Source: an uncultured Gemmatimonadales bacterium (lineage in GTDB: Bacteria > Gemmatimonadota > Gemmatimonadetes > Longimicrobiales > RSA9). Taken from it: DNA of 64,000 bases. This document shows positions 20,741 through 29,643 of the stretch, one piece after another. Both the position numbers and the translations under genes were made by a program. Below the pieces are notes generated by a model. That model saw only the letters and a program-made list of their open reading frames with translations. It made no database searches and was not told the DNA's origin. Numbering within the stretch: position 1 is the stretch's first letter; every line of letters begins with the position of its first letter. The stretch spans positions 96,001-160,000 of the forward strand of contig CAWFKH010000004.1 in the NCBI GenBank assembly GCA_963816355.1, read 5' to 3'.

Positions 20741-20914
20741 ATGGCCAAGGTGAAGATCTTCAAGAAGGATGGAACGCCGACGCCCTACTTCTGGGTCAAT
20801 CGCGACGACGCCGATCGCACCAGCGCGACGGTGTACAAGCAGACCCCGGACGGCGTCAAGCGGATGAAGGGCGTCCGGTTCAACGCCACCACCAATCGGA
20901 TGCTGAAGGACTGA
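20741..20914 (+). CDS. Small basic hypothetical protein (57 aa)
   Basis: GGAG RBS, host-like GC3 codon use, Lys-rich non-shadow composition. Confidence 0.7.
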   Translation: MAKVKIFKKDGTPTPYFWVNRDDADRTSATVYKQTPDGVKRMKGVRFNATTNRMLKD

Positions 20915-21119
20915 CCCACCCCCCGCCCCGGTTGCCGTTCGGCATGCGTGCCTCGCGCGCCGGACGAGCCGCTTCGCGGAAACTCGAAGTACAGGACCGC
21001 GTCAGTCTCCGAGATTTCGACGCATGAACTCTCCCGCGGCGCGCTCCAGCGGGTCGGCGGACCGCTGCAGGTGGTCGGCGACTCCGCGCTGGTCGGCTCG
21101 GGGCGGTTCTGGTTGAACG

Positions 21120-21689
21120 TCAGCCACAACCCTCGACCCACGCGACCTCGGGCAGGACCCCCGCGCGGTACGTTCGCACCACGGCGCCGTCCGTTTCGAA
21201 GATGAGGCGTCGCTCCGAGCCGTCCGAGGGCGTCACCACCAGGTAGTGTCCGTCCGTGTACTTGTGCGGCTGGACCTCCACCGCGCCGGCGTAGAGTTGC
21301 CGGATCCGCTCCTCGGAGTCCCCGATCCCCGCGCCCTCGCGCGTCTTCACTCCTGGGTTCCGGACGTCCACTCTGACGACGCGACCCTCCACGACCATCA
21401 GAGAAACGCCTTCCGGACCACGGGTGGGCGCGGTCGTGCGGCAACCTTCGACGTCTTCGAGCTCCTGGACCGCGCCACCGGACGCGGTGACCGCTTCCGC
21501 GAACTCGACGCCGAGCGGAATCGGCCCATAGCGATCGAAATCGACCACCCAGGCGTCTGCGGAAGGCGTGTGCTGCGCAGCGCCCGCGCTGCCGGCCGGT
21601 TCGCCATCGGCGGGCGCATCCCGAGCCGCCCCGCAGCCGATCACGAGGCCGAGAGCGGCGAAGACGGTCCTGCGGCTGATCCGGCCCAT
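21120..21689 (-). CDS. Hypothetical exported/lipoprotein
   Basis: GAGGAG RBS, signal peptide ending VIGC, TREGAGIGDS..IRQLY, C-terminal WVEGCG. Confidence 0.7.
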   Translation of the reverse strand: MGRISRRTVFAALGLVIGCGAARDAPADGEPAGSAGAAQHTPSADAWVVDFDRYGPIPLGVEFAEAVTASGGAVQELEDVEGCRTTAPTRGPEGVSLMVVEGRVVRVDVRNPGVKTREGAGIGDSEERIRQLYAGAVEVQPHKYTDGHYLVVTPSDGSERRLIFETDGAVVRTYRAGVLPEVAWVEGCG

Positions 21690-21705
21690 GAATCGCTCCT
21701 CTGAT

Positions 21706-21832
21706 CTACGGTCCGGGAGCGGGCTCCCACACACGTCGGCCGCAGCGGCCCTCAGTTGCGCGAGCATCGCATCGAGGTTCCGCACACTCCCGCCCTGAAG
21801 AAGACACGGCCGATGCCGCGGATGCGCTCCAT
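21706..21832 (-). pseudogene. VOC/glyoxalase gene relic with internal deletions
   Basis: MERIRGIGRVFFRA joined out of frame to VRNLDAMLAQLRAAAADV, then WEPAPGP-stop: N-, mid- and C-terminal VOC motifs in 127 bp. Confidence 0.65.
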
Positions 21833-21885
21833 GGTCACGTCCTCGATTCAACGTCGGTCGACAGGGGATCCGAACCCGTGCGCCA

Positions 21886-22440
21886 TCACGCCTTCCGATG
21901 ACTCGTCCAGAGCAGGCGGTGCCGCGCTCGCGCGAGCTCCGGTGCGGCCGCCCACGGCAAACGACGCGACGCCGCGCGTACCGGGTGCGAGAGCAGCTGA
22001 CTGAGACGCGTCTCCGTCGCGAACACGCCGTTCGGCCTCAGCACGCGGACGATCTCTCGCAGCGCCTCGTGCGGCCGGCTGATGTGGTAGCAGGTGCCGA
22101 AATCGACCACCACGTCGAAATGGCCGGACCGAAACGGCAGGCGGCGTGCATCGCCCTCGACCAGAACGGCATGAACGTCTCGCTCGCGCAACCTCGTCGC
22201 TGCCTGCGAAAGGAGGACCCTGTCGATGTCCACACCCACCAGGAGCGTCGGGCGGCACAGCTTCGAAAAGACCGACAGAGCCACGCCGGTTCCGCACCCG
22301 ATCTCCAGGATTCTACCGTGTGCGGGTAGGCCCAGGAGGTGGACCATCAGCGGGAGCTCGAGTCGCTCCTGACGCCGGTTCCGACCTTCCTCGGTCGGAA
22401 ACGGTCGGTAGCCGTCGCCGGTGGCTTCAGTGCGGCGCAT
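21886..22440 (-). CDS. Class I SAM-dependent methyltransferase
   Basis: ILEIGCGTG, VGVDID, GDARRLPF..FDVV and EIVRVLRPNG motifs. Confidence 0.88.
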   Translation of the reverse strand: MRRTEATGDGYRPFPTEEGRNRRQERLELPLMVHLLGLPAHGRILEIGCGTGVALSVFSKLCRPTLLVGVDIDRVLLSQAATRLRERDVHAVLVEGDARRLPFRSGHFDVVVDFGTCYHISRPHEALREIVRVLRPNGVFATETRLSQLLSHPVRAASRRLPWAAAPELARARHRLLWTSHRKA

Positions 22441-22572
22441 CCGGCCCCCTCAGCCTGCATCTTCGGTAGAGCGCGCGCGCGCTCCCGGGCCGTCGCTGCA
22501 GGGCCTCCCGTCCCGGCTCCTGATCTCGAATCCGGCGTTCGCAGCCTTCGTCACTCGCGTTCTCCCGCGAGA

Positions 22573-22711
22573 TCAAGCGGGAACGTAGGACAGCCGGATC
22601 ACGTCCTCGGCGATCCGATCATTGCCCATGAGGCGGAGCGGCGGCTGGGGTCCGGCGAAATACGGCTTGCCGTGACTGGTTCATTCCGAATACGAACCTC
22701 GCCATACCCAT
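22573..22711 (-). pseudogene. Dihydrofolate reductase / RibD-C family relic, centre deleted
   Basis: GGAAAGGA RBS + MGMARFVFGMNQS fused out of frame to HGKPYFAGPQPPLRLMGNDRIAEDVIRLSYVPA-stop. Confidence 0.75.
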
Positions 22712-22784
22712 TTCCTTTCCTTTAGGCTCGCCGCGCTATCGTCCGTATTCGCCGAAGACGTCTGCCGCAGGCCGGGTGCCGTGC

Positions 22785-23237
22785 TCATCGGGAAACGGAT
22801 TGCCGGAGTTCCTGGGCGAGTCCGACGAGGATTCCCTCGGGGCCCCGGATGTAGCAGAGTCGATACGCGTCTTCGTACTGGACGACGTCGCCGACGAGCT
22901 CCGCGCCGCGCTTGCCGAGCCGCGCGAGCGTGTCGTCGAGGTCCTCCACGGTGAACATGACGCGCAGGTAACCGAGAGCGTTCACCGGGGCGCGGCGATG
23001 ATCGGCAGCCACGGGCGGTGCAAGGAAGCGGGACATTTCGAGCCGGCTGTGACCGTCCGGCGTACGCATCATGGCAATCTCGACGCGCATGTCGCGCAAT
23101 CCGGTGACGCCGTCGGCCCAGTCTCCTTCGATCGGGGCGCGTCCCTCGAGCTCGAGGCCGAGCTCGGTGAAGAACTCGATCGCGGCGTCGATGTCTTCGA
23201 CCACTAGGCCGACGTTGTCCATACGCTTTACGGTCAC
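22785..23237 (-). CDS. VOC (glyoxalase) family protein
   Basis: MDNVGLVVEDIDAAIEFFTELG ... YIRGPEGILVGLAQ; GAGGGG RBS before GTG. Confidence 0.9.
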   Translation of the reverse strand: MTVKRMDNVGLVVEDIDAAIEFFTELGLELEGRAPIEGDWADGVTGLRDMRVEIAMMRTPDGHSRLEMSRFLAPPVAADHRRAPVNALGYLRVMFTVEDLDDTLARLGKRGAELVGDVVQYEDAYRLCYIRGPEGILVGLAQELRQSVSR

Positions 23238-23290
23238 GATGTCCCCTCGCGCATTGTATGGGATCCGCCGTGGAGGCCGGGGGCCGCTCG

Positions 23291-23552
23291 GACTGCCGTG
23301 GTCTCCCGTCCTCCCGATTGCGCCCGACGGCCGCTCCGCGCCGTCCGTGATCGCCGTCAACTCAGCCCCGCCGGCCGCCATTCCCGGTCCGGGGCAGATC
23401 GGACCGCGCGAGGCGCGGTGGCAATGGCCCCGCGAGCGTGCGGCTTCGGGCGAGGGGCCGGGTTGACCGCTCTCGGAGCCGTCCAGTTTGCCCCGCGCCG
23501 GGAGGGGTCCGGCGAGGGCGCGCTTTGACGTCGCCCGGCGCCGGCTGGGACC
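23291..23552 (-). repeat. ~260-bp dispersed repeat, copy B (inverted relative to 3394-3651)
   Basis: Same conserved blocks as copy A; abuts the broken 3' end of a P-loop gene. Confidence 0.9.
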
Positions 23553-23832
23553 CGCGCGGAACGGCTATGGCTCCGCCCGTGTGTACCGTGGCATCGATCA
23601 CGACATCGCGGCCAGTCTCCACGGCGTTGCGGACGACTGCCATCACCGCGGAGAGAACGCATCGCGCTTTCCGGCGGTGTTCGTCGGAGCCGGGAGTGCC
23701 GCGCTTCCTGTGAAAGTGTGCACGCCAGGCGTCGTCCTCACTGACGCGCGTCCAGTCGTGAAAGTAAGCCAAATCCTGAGCAACGGTCCACTTGCCGCTA
23801 CCGCAGGTCCCGGTGAGAAGGAGGACTCGCAC
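23553..23832 (-). pseudogene. P-loop (AAA_33/kinase-like) gene fragment
   Basis: VRVLLLTGTCGSGKWTVA...DVVIDAT; homology-like sequence stops where repeat copy B begins. Confidence 0.6.
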
Positions 23833-23875
23833 CCATTCCGGGTCGCCGCTTCTGGAGCCGCCCGTCACGCGGCCG

Positions 23876-24055
23876 GTTATCGACACCCGTCTCCCCATCG
23901 GACTGTCCGTGCATCCGGCGCCATACCCGGGCTTGGAAGAACCACTCCATGAGCTCCGGGCCTCGCACGCCCAGCGGGTTCTGAAGGTCCTGTCGCGGGC
24001 CGGCACCGAAACCGTCGGCCGACACAGCGAAGCTCAGCACACGCACAATGGACAC
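23876..24055 (-). pseudogene. Dihydrofolate reductase / RibD-C family N-terminal fragment
   Basis: AGAGGAG RBS + VSIVRVLSFAVSADGFGAGPRQDLQNPLGVRGPELMEWFF...GETGVDN, then no continuation. Confidence 0.7.
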
Positions 24056-24287
24056 GACATCTCCTCTGCAACCGTCACGGGTGAGCAGGTGCGCCACCTG
24101 CAGCGACCACAAATACTCGCCCGGTATTTCGTCTAACGGATTCGCGGTTCGCGGCGCGGCGACCGAACGAACAGCGAGGCGCCAGGCCCCCGTCACGGGC
24201 CGGGGACCGACGCGAAGCGGCGGGCCCGAGCGCGACACCGCCCCGCTATGCGCTGGCGTGGATGGGTGAACTCACCCGCCTGGGTCG

Positions 24288-25796
24288 CTACGCGAACAGC
24301 TTGAGGCGCTGCTCCAACACCGGCCGCGACAGTACGCCAGTGATGTTCAGCACGTCGAGGTTGAACGTCTGGCTTCGTCGCGCTTGGCGCCACTCCTCAG
24401 CCAGCCAAAGTAGGTCTTCAGCCGTGATCAAAGCTATATCGGTGTCCGTGCCGGACTCGACCTTCAAGCGCGCAGCATTGTGATCGGCACCTTCTGCGAT
24501 CTCGGGTACAATGATCAGAAAGCACGACACGCGGTCGGGAGCGTCCCGGATGTAGCGCTTGAACTGCTTCATGTGGCTTGGAGGAAAGCTGTAGACCGTC
24601 TCCTTGCTCTTGTTGTCCCACATGAATAGTTCCCCGCGTTTGCCGAATCGCATACAGCCGTCGCAGTGATCGCTGCCCGGAGCAGTCATCAGTTCGAGGC
24701 CGAGGATCGAGGAAAACAGGTGCCGCGTACCCTCCTCGAAGGCGCCCTCCATATCCCGATCCTTCCGGATCACCTTGTTCGCCAGCAGGTTCTCGCGGTC
24801 ACGGTGGGCGAGCTCGACCAGATACTTGTAGAACCTCTCGCCGGGAGGAGCTTCCTCCGAGACGTCACGGACCACGAGGTTGGCAAAATAATCGATGATG
24901 CGGGCTATGCGCTCGGGCTTCGTACCGCTCACCTTGGCACCAGGGAGACCGGAACACAGCTCGTAGAGTTCCTGGTTCGAGAGGACGTCGAGCGCCTGGC
25001 TCGGTTTGAGGCCGGCTCGGATAATCCGCTCCTGGAGCTGCTCCTTCCGACCAGACTTCGGCAGCTTCCGCCAATCAAGAATGGAGGCCATCTGGTCCTT
25101 CGTAAGTTCCTCGAGGAGCTTCTCGAGTGCCTTCCGGCTCAACTCGATGCCAAGCGCTTGCTTCACCGACGGTACGATCTCCTCCGGAACCACGAAGACG
25201 CCGCCACTGAGCCTGTTGCAATAAAAGACCACTCCGCGACGCTGGAGATCGATCAGGGCGTCCTTGAACTCCGTGGGTCCATGGAGGCGGTTGCCATTCG
25301 TCGGGAAGTGCTGGAGCTGAGCGAGGATGAGGCGCTTGCTCTTCTCACCCAGGCCCAGCTTCTCGCGAAGCCGACGTACCAAACTCAGCTCATGCGCCGA
25401 TACCTGATTGTCGTCGAGCGCGACCTCCAAGACGGCTTTGAAGATATCGACGGCACGAGAATCCTCGTACCGAAGTGCCTCGGGGTCGGAAGCACCATCG
25501 ATGATGTCCTGCTCAAGGGCTGTAACCTCATCGATGAGATCCTGCTCGCTGGCCGAATACTCGGGCCGGTTGACGAGCGCTTCCAGAACGTAGCCGAACA
25601 GGATCTGATCGGAGAAGTTCCCGTCGAACCGGAGCACCGACAGGACGCGCGCGGGATCCGCAAGCTCATCCACATTCCGAGAGATAATTTCTCGGGCGCG
25701 GTCTTCGTCCGGCTTCGGGAAGTCCTTCGTGAAGCTATCGATTATCCGATGCAGGTACTGCTTCGACATCTCCTGAATCGCATCAGCGACCTTCAT
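24288..25796 (-). CDS. Hypothetical protein: TerB-like segment, two SAP/HeH-like motifs, C-terminal PD-(D/E)xK-like nuclease
   Basis: ALDDNQVSAHELSLVRRLREKLGL; LTKDQMASIL..LPKSGRKEQLQERI; LSNQELYELC..KVSGTKPERIARI; HCDG...MWDNKSK; GGAGG RBS; lower GC than the host. Confidence 0.75.
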   Translation of the reverse strand: MKVADAIQEMSKQYLHRIIDSFTKDFPKPDEDRAREIISRNVDELADPARVLSVLRFDGNFSDQILFGYVLEALVNRPEYSASEQDLIDEVTALEQDIIDGASDPEALRYEDSRAVDIFKAVLEVALDDNQVSAHELSLVRRLREKLGLGEKSKRLILAQLQHFPTNGNRLHGPTEFKDALIDLQRRGVVFYCNRLSGGVFVVPEEIVPSVKQALGIELSRKALEKLLEELTKDQMASILDWRKLPKSGRKEQLQERIIRAGLKPSQALDVLSNQELYELCSGLPGAKVSGTKPERIARIIDYFANLVVRDVSEEAPPGERFYKYLVELAHRDRENLLANKVIRKDRDMEGAFEEGTRHLFSSILGLELMTAPGSDHCDGCMRFGKRGELFMWDNKSKETVYSFPPSHMKQFKRYIRDAPDRVSCFLIIVPEIAEGADHNAARLKVESGTDTDIALITAEDLLWLAEEWRQARRSQTFNLDVLNITGVLSRPVLEQRLKLFA

Positions 25797-26018
25797 CGCG
25801 CCTCCAACGCCGGGGGTATGGATCGGCTGGCGCCATTAACCGCCGTGTTCAGCCACGTCCACGGCGCTCAACTTCGACTCTGCCAGCGCTTCGGATCACG
25901 GAATGAGAATCGAGTCCGTGCCCGCGTGAGAGAGGACCCGAATTCGGTAGTGTGCGTCGGCCTCGCCGATCGCTTCGAGGAATCATCCGTGCGCCAAAGC
26001 GTCAGCGCCGATCTCCAG

Positions 26019-27388
26019 GAGGTCACGTCAATAGGTGTGTAAACGGCATCAGGCGGCGGCCCTTTCGGACTGACTGGTGACGGGGATGCCGTCGACGTAC
26101 TTCGCGCCCGCGGAAACGGCCGCGAGCAGGTGTGCGGCGTTGAGCCGCCGGAAGGTCTTCTCCGCTACGAGGAGCAGCTTCCAGATCAACGCCGTGGCGT
26201 TCTCGACCCGCTTGTAGCGCTTTGCGGCCGTGGTCCTGAGCCGCACAGAGGCGAAGGGCGACTCGACGATGTTGGTGGTGCGCAGGTGGACCCAGTGCTC
26301 GTGGGGGAAGGAGAAGAAGGTGACCATCCGCTCCCAGTCCCGCTTGAGCGCCGCCATCGCCTTGGGGTAGAGCCGCTCGAACTGCTTCACGCACCGCTCA
26401 CGCGCTTTCTCGCACTCAGCCCTGCTCTCGGCGTACATCATTCCTCTCAGGTGCTGGCGGACGGCCGCCTGCTGCTTCCTCGGAACCTGGTCCAGCACGT
26501 TGACCATCTTGTGATTCCAGCAACGCTGCTCCTCGCACCGCGGCCAGATCTCGGGGACCGCGGCCCAGATGCCCAGGTGGCCGTCGGCGACCAGGAGCCG
26601 CGGCGCGTTCATGCCGCGGCCCTTCAGGTCGCGCAGTACGCCCAGCCACGACTCGCGCGACTCCCGCTGCCCGCTCTCCACGGCGAGCACGACCTTCTCG
26701 CCCTCGCGGGTCCCACCGATGATCACCAGGAGCGCCGCCTTGCCGTCGTCGATGCCGGCCTTTACGTACAGGCCATCCGCCCAGCAGTACACGATGTCGA
26801 GCTCGGCCAGCGAACGGCTCCGCCACTCCTGGAACTCGAGCTGCCACTGCGCCTTCAGCCGAGCGATCGAAGCGGCCGAAAGGGGAGCAGCGTCCCCCAG
26901 CAGCCCCCTCAGCGCGAGCTCGAAGTCGCCGAGCGCCAGCCCGTGCAGGTAGAGCTGGGGCAGGAGCTCGCTGACTTCCTCCGTGCGCCGCTTGAACAGC
27001 GGAAGGATTCGGCTCTCGAACCGCTCTTCCAGCCCTCGGACCCGCGGGCGCCGAACCTTGATCGTGCCGTTCGACAACGCCAGCTTACGCGCCTTGCCGT
27101 AGCCGTTGCGGTAGACCGGCTCCGATCCGGGCTCTCGCCGCTCCGACTTCCGCCGGCCCAGGAGCCCTTCGACCTCTTCCTCGAGCAGCCGCTGGACGAA
27201 TACCTGAACCTGCTCGCGGGCAAAGCCCTCCAGCTGTCCCCATACCACGCTTGACGACGAGGACGCTTCCTTGGTTACCTTTGACACGGCGGTGGCTCCT
27301 TTCGTGCGGGCACGAGGCCCGTGGTTGATGGCTCAACCGAAAGGTGTCACCGCCTTCTGCTCGTTTCCACACCCTCTGAAGATACCTC
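26019..27388 (-). mobile_element. IS256 family insertion sequence
   Basis: Imperfect terminal IRs GAGGTCACGTCAATAGGTGTGTAAAC / GAGGTATCTTCAGAGGGTGTGGAAAC; flanks do not form a TSD. Confidence 0.9.
26049..27287 (-). CDS. IS256 family (mutator-type) DDE transposase
   Basis: YRNGY, WADGLY, LLVADGHLG, QRCWNHK and LRTTNIVES motifs. Confidence 0.95.
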   Translation of the reverse strand: MSKVTKEASSSSSVVWGQLEGFAREQVQVFVQRLLEEEVEGLLGRRKSERREPGSEPVYRNGYGKARKLALSNGTIKVRRPRVRGLEERFESRILPLFKRRTEEVSELLPQLYLHGLALGDFELALRGLLGDAAPLSAASIARLKAQWQLEFQEWRSRSLAELDIVYCWADGLYVKAGIDDGKAALLVIIGGTREGEKVVLAVESGQRESRESWLGVLRDLKGRGMNAPRLLVADGHLGIWAAVPEIWPRCEEQRCWNHKMVNVLDQVPRKQQAAVRQHLRGMMYAESRAECEKARERCVKQFERLYPKAMAALKRDWERMVTFFSFPHEHWVHLRTTNIVESPFASVRLRTTAAKRYKRVENATALIWKLLLVAEKTFRRLNAAHLLAAVSAGAKYVDGIPVTSQSERAAA

Positions 27389-28158
27389 TATCATCGTGCA
27401 GAGGATCGCCTGATCCGCCAATGCGTCACTGCGGCGACGGTACAAACCGTCTGCACCGACCTCGACCTTCGAAAGGCACAGATCACTTGATATCGCATCG
27501 TGTTCTATGGACGACAATATCGTCAGCCCAGCCTCTTCGGCCGCACCTTCAACGCTCTTGATCGAGTGTTTGTATTGGAACTTGACGGTCCAACTCTCGC
27601 TGGGGTCGCGTAGTCATACCCCGAAGCAATCTCTCGCCGCCCTGCATTTGCGGCCTGCCAGGAAGCCTGGGTACCCGGCACCCCATCGATCAGGACGAGC
27701 TTACCGCCCCTCTTCAGTACGTTCGCCACGTTTTGCATCCATTGTGATAGATCAGCGATCCAGCAGGTAATCCCCATCGTGGCCCAGACCAGGTCGAAAC
27801 GCCCATATAGGGACGTGGGCAGCGCGACCGCGTCCGCGCAGACCCATTCGATGTCTACCCCGCACTGCTCCGCTAGCGACCTCGCTTTTTCCAATGCCAC
27901 GAGCGAGAAGTCCACTCCTGTCACTACTGCGCCGCGGCGGGCGAGCGAGATGGCATCGAATCCCAGATGACACTGCAACTGCAGCACGTGGAGGCCTCGA
28001 AGATCGGCTCCAACCGCGGCGCCAAGCGCACTCTCTTCTTCCTCGATCAATGAACTCCGGCCGGCGATCAGTCCTACCGAATCGTAGTACGCGTCCTGAC
28101 CGTGTAGCTCCGCCAGCGTATCCCAGCTTTTGCGATTGAGCTCGTGGTCAGCGTGCAT
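27389..28158 (-). pseudogene. Class I SAM methyltransferase, frameshifted near 27590 and running into IS256
   Basis: NRKSWD, VLQLQCHLGFDAISLARRGAVVTGVDFS; a plausible C-terminus (YKHSI..AAEEAGLTILSSIEH) continues in another frame with no stop before the IS256 end. Confidence 0.75.
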
Positions 28159-28303
28159 CTCTTCTTGTTCTGATTGCCAAGTTATAGCACATAGACACAA
28201 TGGAAGGGCTGGCCTCCCGAGCTTACCGTGGGTTGATGCCCCGGTTCGCGGGAGTCACCAGAGCCACATGCGACAATGGTCGCAGCAACAGGAGACCAGC
28301 CCT

Positions 28304-29434
28304 ATGGCTACATCAAATCTCTTCCTCGGTCTCGACGTCCACAAGGACTCGGTCACCATCGCGGTCTTCATCGGCCAAGCGGCTGAACCCGAGCAGGTGG
28401 ACCGCCTCCCCAACAATGTGCACAAGCTACGGCGCTACTTCGAGCGCCTCGCGCGCCGCGGGACGGTGCACGCCTGCTATGAAGCGAGCGGCGCCGGCTA
28501 CGTCCTGCAGCGCCACATGAGCGCCTGGGGCTACCCGTGCGAGCTGGCAGCTCCCTCTCTCATCCCGACGCGCCCCGGCGACCGGCGCAAGCACGACAAG
28601 CGGGACGCCATTCAACTCGGCCGCCTCTACCGCGCGGGGCAGCTGAGCCTGATCCACATTCCGACCGAAGTCGAAGAGCAGGTGCGGGACCTGGTCCGGT
28701 GCAGGGAGACTTTCCAGCGCGAGATCCTGAAGTCCCGCCACTACATCCTGAAATTCCTCCGGCGGCGAGGGTTCGTCTTCCGCGGCGGCACCAACTGGAC
28801 ACAGCGCCACTTCGTCTGGATCCGTCAGCTCCTGCGCCCCGAGGTCCTCTCCCGTGAAGACCGGCTCGTGCTCTCGGAATATCTGGCGCTGCTCGAGTAC
28901 AAGATTGCCCGTCGCGACGAACTCGATCGGCAGGTGGAGCGGCTGGCGCTCGAGCCCCGCTACCGCCTCATCGTCGAACGCCTGCGCTGCTTCCGAGGCA
29001 TCGATACGCACGCGGCGATGGTGCTCGCCACCGAGATCGGCGACTTTCGTCGCTTCAAGAGTCCACGCCAACTCATGGCCTACTTCGGCCTCGTCCCCAG
29101 CGAGCACTCTTCCGGGGAACGCAGGCGCCAAGGCGCCATCACAAAAGCCGGCAACGCCCATTGCCGCCACGTTCTCGTTCAGGCGGCCTGGTCGTACCGC
29201 AACCGTCCATCCCAGAGCGCCGCGCTCACTCGACGCCAGAGCGCTCAGGATCCCGCCATCATCGCCCATGCCTGGAAAGCTCAGCACCGCCTTCACAAGC
29301 TCTTCCACCGCGTGAGCCACCGGCGTCCCTTCCAGGTCGCGGTCGTCGCAGCGGCTCGAGAAATGGTCGGTTTCATCTGGGCGGTGCTCCAGGACGAAGA
29401 ACTCTACGACCAGCAGCTCCAAAACGCCGCGTGA
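28304..29434 (+). CDS. IS110 family DEDD transposase/recombinase
   Basis: LGLDVHKD, CYEASG, KHDKRDA, EIGDFRRF and GLVPSEHSSG..QGAITKAGN motifs; AGGAG RBS. Confidence 0.95.
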   Translation: MATSNLFLGLDVHKDSVTIAVFIGQAAEPEQVDRLPNNVHKLRRYFERLARRGTVHACYEASGAGYVLQRHMSAWGYPCELAAPSLIPTRPGDRRKHDKRDAIQLGRLYRAGQLSLIHIPTEVEEQVRDLVRCRETFQREILKSRHYILKFLRRRGFVFRGGTNWTQRHFVWIRQLLRPEVLSREDRLVLSEYLALLEYKIARRDELDRQVERLALEPRYRLIVERLRCFRGIDTHAAMVLATEIGDFRRFKSPRQLMAYFGLVPSEHSSGERRRQGAITKAGNAHCRHVLVQAAWSYRNRPSQSAALTRRQSAQDPAIIAHAWKAQHRLHKLFHRVSHRRPFQVAVVAAAREMVGFIWAVLQDEELYDQQLQNAA

Positions 29435-29435
29435 C

Positions 29436-29625
29436 ACTCACAGGAGGCGGGGCACGAGAGGAGAACCCCCGAAAACGTTAGCAGGTACGGCGTTCCGCCC
29501 AATCCTGGTGTATAGACTGGGGCCGCTCCGGACGAATCCGAATTCTTGCCGCTCTGTTCCTCTGAACAACCGGCGTATATCAGCAGGATTCACCGTCGAA
29601 GCCGCCCCGCCTCCACTCGCTGCTT
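29436..29625 (+). ncRNA. Putative bridge/seek guide RNA region of the IS1111-type element
   Basis: Closing stem GGAGGCGGGGC/GCCCCGCCTCC and inner stem AATCCTG/CAGGATT; AAACGTTA (29473-29480) matches the target and ATATCAG (29577-29583) matches the circle junction. Confidence 0.6.
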
Positions 29626-29629
29626 GACA
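29624..29629 (+). promoter_or_regulatory. -35 TTGACA at the IS right end; pairs with CACAAT at 17-nt spacing only in the circular form
   Basis: Joining the ends gives TTGACA-ggcccttccatatcaga(17)-CACAAT. Confidence 0.65.
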
Positions 29630-29643
29630 GGCCCTTCCATATC

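Larger units (their letters stand above)
28193..29643 (+). mobile_element. IS110 family, IS1111-type element inserted at the attC-like GTT core
   Basis: Sub-terminal IRs ATGGAAGGGC (28200-28209) and GCCCTTCCAT (29631-29640), 7 and 3 nt from the inferred ends; no TSD; long 3' non-coding region. Confidence 0.88.

Noticed and set aside
21112..21852. GTTGAAT (21852-21846) and GTTCAAC (21118-21112) as a further cassette boundary pair
   Set aside because: They fit the 7-mer consensus, but no inner stem or complete attC accompanies either; chance occurrence is plausible.
23238..23381. N-terminal extension of the VOC ORF (start 23381)
   Set aside because: The extension is translated from repeat copy B; the RBS and family motif support GTG at 23237.
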